This document shows positions 50,159 through 57,180 of a stretch of DNA of 57,180 nucleotides, in pieces. The first letter of the stretch is position 1. The number at the start of each line of letters is the position of its first letter. Source of the DNA: Octopus bimaculoides (lineage: Eukaryota); contig NC_068983.1 in NCBI RefSeq assembly GCF_001194135.2, positions 142,700,295 through 142,757,474 on the forward strand. Direction: 5' to 3'. A model generated the notes under the pieces. It was not told the origin of the DNA. It worked only from the letters and a program-made list of their open reading frames with translations, and did not search any database. A program made the position numbers and the translations under genes.

Positions 50159-53100
50159 TGTTCTGATTTTAGTTTTGATCACGTAACTTTGATTGTCTCG
50201 ATTGCTGTTATTTGCCTACAGTGTAACTGCATAATTCTGTTCTGTTTACAGCACGTGTTCAGTGTTAGTTTTTAGTCAAGACTTGCAACTCACTGCATAA
50301 ATCTTATTGTGTTAATTTAGTTATGCTTACAATTAACAATTTTTTTTTGTATTGTAGATTACTGTATTTTTAGTGGATTAAAACCTTTTAAACTTAGATA
50401 TTCCAGTTTGGGTTTATAACAATTTAATCAATAATAGCTAGAGGGAGAGAGAATGGACAGCAAATTTATAAAACCAAATTTGTTCACTGCTGATCCAAGT
50501 TTGAGTCAAGCTTCAAAAGAATGGAAATATTGGTTCAGGACTTTTATAAATTTTTTAGAATCATTTCCTGCTGAACTGCCTAGCACTGATGTATGCAAGT
50601 TTAGGTGTTTAACCCATTTGTTACCAACCCAGCTGAAACTGGCTGTGTAGTACAAATGTCTTATTTTCATAAGTTTTGAATTAAAATCTTCCACCAAACC
50701 TTAGTCACAATTTATGTTCATAACACTAACTTAATGATAACTAAGTTATTTTACTAAATTCTTTGTTATATTTAAAATAATTGGAAAGAAACACAGAGCA
50801 TCTCAAAATAAATACGGTAACAAAAAGGTTAATAGTACACACAGATAAAGACGATTACAAACTCATGAGAATTATGCAGAAGCAGTTCAAACTCTGGAGA
50901 GACTGTACGTGAAACCCTTGAACATTATTTTTGCGAGACACCTTTTGATGGCATGCAAAACAGAACCAGGTCAATCAGTTGACGACTATTTACAGAAATC
51001 GAAAACGACTAGCTAAAGATTGTGGGTACAGAGCAGTGGATGCTGAGACTCACAAAAATGAAGTTGTTCGTGACACATTTATCTTGGGATTAACATCATC
51101 TTCAACTCGCCTTAGACTTTTGGAAAATGTTCAGGATGTGGCGATAGCCTTAGAAGCGATATTTAACTAAGCTCATGCTGGAAGTTGCTCAAAGGAATTT
51201 TGAAGTGTATAATAGTCAGACTGCTATAAACAGCCAGGGAAGCTGTTTGTCAATGTTTATTCCATGTGAAGAAAACAAAATCTTAATTCCTGACGGAAAC
51301 ACAGCTTGTGCAGCGACAAAACGAACTAAAAAATCCTGCACCTTTTGCGGATCTAATGATTTTCATTTGAGGTTTAAGTATCCCGCTAGGCAGAGCAAGT
51401 GTTACAAATGTGGATATTTTTGTCATTTTGCTAAAGAATGCTGGTCAAGTAACTGCAAAAATTTTGATAAAAAATCAGCAGCTCTTGATGATGGCAACTT
51501 TGCCACGGTTTTATGTCAAGGTGGAGCTGCTACTAAAGTTAGTTATACAATAACAGTCGAGGGCATGAAAGCACTTGCTTTGATTGATACCGGCTCTACT
51601 ATGAATCATATTAGCAAAGACTTTGCAAAAAAAAACAACAAATTATTGGTGAAGTCCGAAAGGAATGAAATTAATATGGCTGTCAATGGAAATCATTCCC
51701 AAAGTGACAGCTATTATTTATATGGGTTCAATTGAATTTCAAAGAAGAATTTACGAGCAAGTAAAGCTGATGGTACTTGATAATTTGTTTGTAGATATAA
51801 TTTTAGCACAAAATTTCTTAAAACAGCATCAACATGTACAAATTACCTTTGACGGCAACAAGCCCCCATTACATTTGGGAGCTCTTTGCATTAAAAGTGA
51901 CATTACACCGAGGTTGTTTGAAAATTTAAACTCTGACTGTAAACTCATAGTTACGAAATCGAGAAGACAGTCTACCAATAATGAAAAATTTATTGCTGAT
52001 ACTATAAGCCAAGATCTGGCAGAAGGGGTAACTGAACTCAGTGTTTCTCCCTGGCGAGCCCAGGTATTGGTAATATCAGGAGAAAATCATTGCAAGAGAC
52101 TGAGTATTGATTATAGTGAAACTATAAATAAGTTTACACAATTAGATGGATATCCCCTGCCAAATATGCAATGACATAGTCACAAAAATAGCTCAATTTA
52201 ACTATTTTAGCACACTAGATTTCAAAAGTGCATATCATCAAGTTGAGATTCCAGTTGAAGATCATCGGCCTTACATGGCTTTTGAAGCACAGGGAAAATT
52301 GTATCAAAGCAAACGTATTACTTTTGGACTTACAAATGCAGTGCCCTGTTTCCAGAGAGTGATCGATAATATAATCGAGCCATAATTGCAGGGCTACTTT
52401 TGTATATATCAACAACATAACAGTGTGTGGTAAATCAAAGAAAGAACATGATCGAAATTTAAAACATTTTCTTCAAGTTGCTAAATACTAATTTAACTTT
52501 TAATGATGCCAAATGCATTTACAGCACTACACTAATTCGATTGCTTGGCTATGAAATCCAAAATGGTAACTTGAAACCTGACCCTGACCGGATAAAACCC
52601 TTACTAGTACTACCTATTCCTAGTACCCATGAAGTATTAAGTCGAATTGTTGATCTATTTGCGTATTATTCCAAAATTCTCTAAACCATTGGTTGATACT
52701 AAATAGTTTCCTTTGAGTGAACAAGCTTTGTCAAGTTTAAAAACTTTACGAGATGATTTAGCAAATGCTACCTTAAAAGTGATTGATGAAAGCCTTCCTT
52801 TCTAAATAGAAACAGACACATTGGAGGTAGCTATATCTGGCATTTTACACCAAAATGGAAAGCCAGTTGCATTTTTTCAAGGACCCTCAACCCAAGTGAG
52901 CGTTGTTATTCTTGCATTGAAAAAGAGGCGACAGCAATGGTGGAATCTGAGAAAATGGTCTCATTTTCTTCTTGGACATAACTTCACACTAATAACTGAT
53001 CAAAACAATGTTACTTTTATGTTTAAATGTCAAAAGTGCAATAATCCTAAAAATGAAAAGATAATGTGTTGGCGAATCGAACTAGTCCAGTATAAATTTG

Positions 53101-54935
53101 ATATCATTTACCGCCAAGGCAAGTTTAAAGTTGCATCGGATGCTTTATCGCGTACCTATTGCGCAGCTACGACTGTGTCATCCTGGGATCACACGATTGT
53201 TTCATTATATTAAAGTTAAGAATTTACCATAATCTGTACCAGTGACACGTAAATAGCACCATTTGAGCATGATCGTTACCAGCGTCGCCTTACTGGCATA
53301 TGAAAAAACATTCGAGTGATGTTGCCAGTGCCGCTGGACTGGCTCGGGTGCAGGTGGCATGTAAAATACACCATTTTGAGCATGGCCGTTGCCAGTACCG
53401 CCTGACTGGCCCTTGTGCCGGTGGCACGTAAAGGCACCCACTACACTCTCAGAGTGGTTGGCGTTAGGAAGGGCATCCAGCTGTAGAAACTCTGCCAGAT
53501 CAGATTGGAGCCTGGTGCAGCCATCTGGTTCACTAGTCCTCAGTCAAATCATCCAATCCATGCTAGCATGGAAGGCAGACGTTAAACAATGATGATGATG
53601 TAAAGCGTATAACTAACAATTGTGTAATATGTTGTGAGATGAAGCCTCACTTTACTAAAATCTCTGTTTCGTCAGTAATTAAATCTACTCAAGCTTTTGA
53701 AAGATTAAGTGTTGATTTTAAAGGACCCCTACCTTCAGTGTCAAAGAACCATTATTTTTTAACTGTTGTGGATGAGTATTCACGTTTTTCATATATTTCT
53801 CCATGCGCTGATACTAGTGATCATTCTGTTATTAGTAATTTGAAGGTTTTGGTTAATCTTTTCAGTTTTCCTGCTGTTATTCATAGTGATAAAGCTAAAT
53901 GTTTTGTATCTAAAGAACTTAAACAATTTCTGTATGATAGGGGTATAGTGATTACTCATTCTACTGTATGCAATCCTCATGGAAATGCTCAACGTGAAAG
54001 GTATAATGGAGTAATATGGAATTCCATTAAACTGGCCTTATACAGCAGAAATTTACCAGTTTCTCAAAAGGAAGTTGTGCTTGCAGAAGTTTTACATTTG
54101 CAACGTTCATTATTATGCATGGCAACTAATGAGACCCCGCATGAGAGATTCTTTAAGTTTCCTAGACGTTCTATGTGTAGTGTTTCCGTTCCTACTTGGT
54201 TAAAGCAAGGAACTGACAAAGTGTTTGTTAAATGACATGTACGCAATAAGTATGATCCGTTAGAAGATGAAGCCCAATTGGTACAAATTAACCCTAACCA
54301 CGGGAGGGTACAGCACCCGGATGGATGTGAAAGTACTGTGTCCATTAGAGATTTAGCTCCTACTGGCAAAACAACTTAGGAGTATTAGTCAAGTAAGGAT
54401 CAAACTGATGCTGCTGACATTGATTCTGCTCAAGTGCATGAGCACTGTGGTGGTTATTCGGAGACCATGATTGATTCTGTCCCACCTATACCAGCTCAAG
54501 AACCAGAACCTCAAACTACTTTGCACTGGCGTTCATCCAGAACAAAATAGGTTAAATTTATGATTGATGATGTGTTACGCTTAAGAAATGCCTCATTACG
54601 TTGTGATTGGCTCATATTTATGTTTATATTTTGCATTTTGTTGGTTAATTGTTCATTTTTTTAGTGGAGAAAATGTGATTTTAGTTTTGATCATGTGACT
54701 TTGATTGTCTCGATTGCTGGTGCAACTGTGCAGAGTTCTGTTCTGTTTATGGCACAACGTGTTCAGTGTTAGATTTTAGTTAGTCGAGACTGTATCAACC
54801 CGCTGCATAAAACAGTTATTGTGTTGAAGTTTAGTTTTGCTTACAATTTAACAATCTTTTTTCTTTTGTAGATTACTGTATTTTTAGTTGATTAAAACCT
54901 TTTAAACTTAGATATTCCAGTCTGGGTTTATAACA
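50159..54935 (+). mobile_element. Ty3/gypsy LTR retrotransposon provirus, degenerate
   Basis: LTRs at 50159-50421 and 54674-54935 (TG...CA), near-TSD ACTAG/ACCAG, and a purine tract before the 3' LTR. Domains: gag from 50453 with a CYKCGYFCHFAKEC knuckle, protease LIDTGS, RT (YHQV, FGL.NAV.CFQR), RNase H, integrase (VDFKGP, IHSD, GNAQRERYNG). The PR-RT-RH-IN order is that of gypsy. Confidence 0.95.
53230..53598 (+). mobile_element. RTE tail copy inserted in the gypsy integrase zinc-binding region
   Basis: It separates ...FHYIKVKNLP from DVKRITNNCVICCEMKPHF, and its (GAT)n tail merges into the DV codons. Confidence 0.9.
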
Positions 54936-56775
54936 ACCAGATTTATATTGTAACCCCTCAGTTCAAGATTTAGCTTTTATGTTTAGAATTTCCCCACTAA
55001 TTTCACTATAAGAACTAAATTATCAGCATATAAAAGTTTCCATAGGCAACCGGTTTAAAACCCTCGGTAATGGCCTGTAGGATAATGATAAATAGGAGGG
55101 AACTGAGGATTGACCCTTGATGGACCCCCTACCTTTATATTAAATTCATTTCTGAAATCATTGACTTTCACTTTACTAACTGCACCTTTGTACATAACCC
55201 GCACAGCCCTCACAAGCTATTCATCGATGTGTGTGAGTGTATCTAACATAACACTTAAATATTAGTTGAATCATTGCTACCATTAGACTGATGCTATCAA
55301 TTTATGACAGTTTCAGATATTCCTCTTAGTATATTCAGAAAGAGATATTCTTAGAAGATATATACCTCAACAACTTTATTTTTACTATAATTCCATGTAT
55401 TTCCTTTCAGTAACTCCATTCCACAAATAAAAGTAGCAAGAAAAACTGGGGCAAAACACATCTAGAAGAAAGTAAAAATTGAAAAGTAAGAGTATGAAAT
55501 TTATTTTTCATAGTAGGCATAAAATAAAGTAATGTAAAACAATAGAAATTTCAAGGAAAATCTTGTAGCAATTAACTATAATCTTATAACAAGTTATAAT
55601 CAATTTGACTGCTTCTAGTATAATCCTGGGTGGAGATGGGAGAAATGATAATGTCAATACTAGAAGGATTTGAATATAGAAGTGAAAGTACTGTAAGAAA
55701 TTTAGTCCAGCACTCTACAAATTCTGCTCATTCAGCACATTGCAATCTTAATATTTTCAAGTGTTGTGGCAAGCACCAAAGTGCCAAAAGTATGAATATG
55801 ATGCATCAAGATATAATGTAATTTTGTTTCTTAGGTGAGGTTATTCCACTCCACCTACACCAGAGAAAAGCTTCAACACTTGCATTTTCTATTTTCTCTA
55901 AAATATTAATCTTTTTTTTTTTACTCAAAAAGGAACCAATATCAAAAATGTTAAGGGTTCTATAGAGAAAGGTAAGACCTGGAATGCTGTATTTGGTAGG
56001 TTTAAATACCAGTTGAAGCAGTACAATTCAATTACATTGCTAATGCCCATGGAAAAATCTGAATATTACATAATTTTCTTACCCAATTATAGAAATTTAT
56101 GGCATTTTGCTGGAGTAAGAAGTTAACAAGAAACCTATCAGCATTTGAAACAATGCAAAGTAACTTTTCAAAAATTCTTTTTCAGTTAATAATTGTTAAA
56201 GGTGGTTATAATTAATTACATTGACTCTAGTATATATTACTAGTTCTTATAAAATTAAGTATTATAATGTATTTAATGATGATGATTTTGTTTCTTTTTT
56301 ACATTGATAAAGCACATGATAAATAAATTTATTTTATCAACAAAACAGAGGAATGGTAAAGTCAGCCATGGCAAAATTTGAACTCACAACCTACAGAAAT
56401 AAAACAAAATATTGCAACAATTTGTATCTGGAATTCCTTCTTCAATCACTTCAACATATTTTTTATTTTATATCAACAATACAGGTAACAAACTATGATA
56501 TTTAACTTTATTTATTAAAATAACATACCTGATCTGCAACTAATTTAAAAAAAGCTGTCTTTTTCCCAACACCAAACAGTCTTTCCATTATCAAATACCA
56601 TGTTCGTAAAGTAGGACCCTAGAGAAAATTAAAAAACTCAAACATTTTATTATTAAATACATTAATAAAAGTTGTTAATGGAATAAATATCAATACAACC
56701 AAATAAGGTGTTAATATTGGTTTAAAATTTTAACACCAAGGCCAAGTAAGATGTTAATAATATTGCAAGTTGCAG

Positions 56776-56840
56776 GTGGTGAACTGGCAGAATCATTAGC
56801 ACATGAAACAAAAAAAATACTTAGTGGTATTTCGTCTGCC
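56776..56840 (+). mobile_element. 5' part of a tRNA-derived SINE, ending where a LINE begins
   Basis: ggtggtgaactggcagaatcattagcac...cttagtggtatttcgtctgcc, the same head as the 19345-19545 copy. Confidence 0.65.
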
Positions 56841-57180
56841 GTGAGTTTACTGGTCGGATGTGTTATTACTCGCTGCGATTTTTTTTAGTATAACGCCACT
56901 ATTTTTTGGTGGGCGTAGCTGAGATGGAGAAAATGAAGACGTATGCAGCAGCGACGGGGAGTCGAGCTTCCGTCGTCCTAGGCCTGCTGAAGCAATATGA
57001 AATACATTGGAATGAAGACATGGCTGAGAAAATTGAAAAATATAAAGAAATGATAAAGAAGGAGGGGCCAAACGTAAAGTTGACCCCATCAGAGGAGGAA
57101 AAGACGAAAATGGAAATTGGAGTCGTGGAATATAAATCCTTTTCAAGGAAAAATAAAAGAATAGAGAGTGCAACGAAGGA
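56841..57180 (+). mobile_element. 5' end of a Tx1/L1-type LINE; ORF1 open from ATG 56924 to the window edge
   Basis: MEKMKTYAAATG...KYKEMIKKEGPNVKLTPSEEEKTKME matches the 8922 ORF (KYYDMIKKEGSNIKMILPEEEKRKME). It shares a 5' UTR hairpin ccac...gtgg with ~8800. Confidence 0.8.

Noticed and set aside
55841-55885. MQVLKLFSGVGGVE*, similar to cytosine methyltransferase (DNMT2) motif I
   Set aside because: A stop follows immediately, the key acidic residue is K, and the downstream SP..Q..TR resemblance is out of register with no PC dyad. Probably chance; tblastn with TRDMT1 would settle it.

Overview
This is AT-rich, gapped, repeat-dense animal genomic DNA. The repeat families (RTE LINEs with (GAT)n tails, tRNA-derived SINEs) resemble those I know from Octopus, so a coleoid cephalopod is an inference, not a database match. 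Host genes: a complete, somewhat divergent EF-1alpha on + (CDS 42852-44752 in 5 coding exons, plus a TATA/5'TOP non-coding first exon) and MRPS14 on - (exons 29576-29382 and 25386-25204, probably an ATG-only first exon at 39626-39624) arranged head-to-head with it. The 3' end of an unidentified minus-strand membrane-protein gene (terminal exon 46264-46002, candidate microexons) converges on EF1A. There is also a possible first coding exon at 419-402 and a promoter-like island at about 18.3-19.0 kb. Most of the rest is mobile DNA: four Tx1/L1-type LINE pieces, RTE LINE pieces and their tandem-repeat tails, two mariners, a decayed Ty3/gypsy provirus with both LTRs, Helitron-like elements, MITEs and SINEs. 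The most unusual signals are: a Ty3/gypsy provirus with no tRNA primer site but a 9-nt LTR-complementary site (possible self-priming); a decayed hammerhead ribozyme inside a Penelope-like inverted repeat; a circularly permuted ~200-bp inverted repeat unit; an ORF1-only Tx1 derivative; and a perfect 46-bp inverted repeat beside the promoter island. No CRISPR, rRNA or tRNA genes were found.
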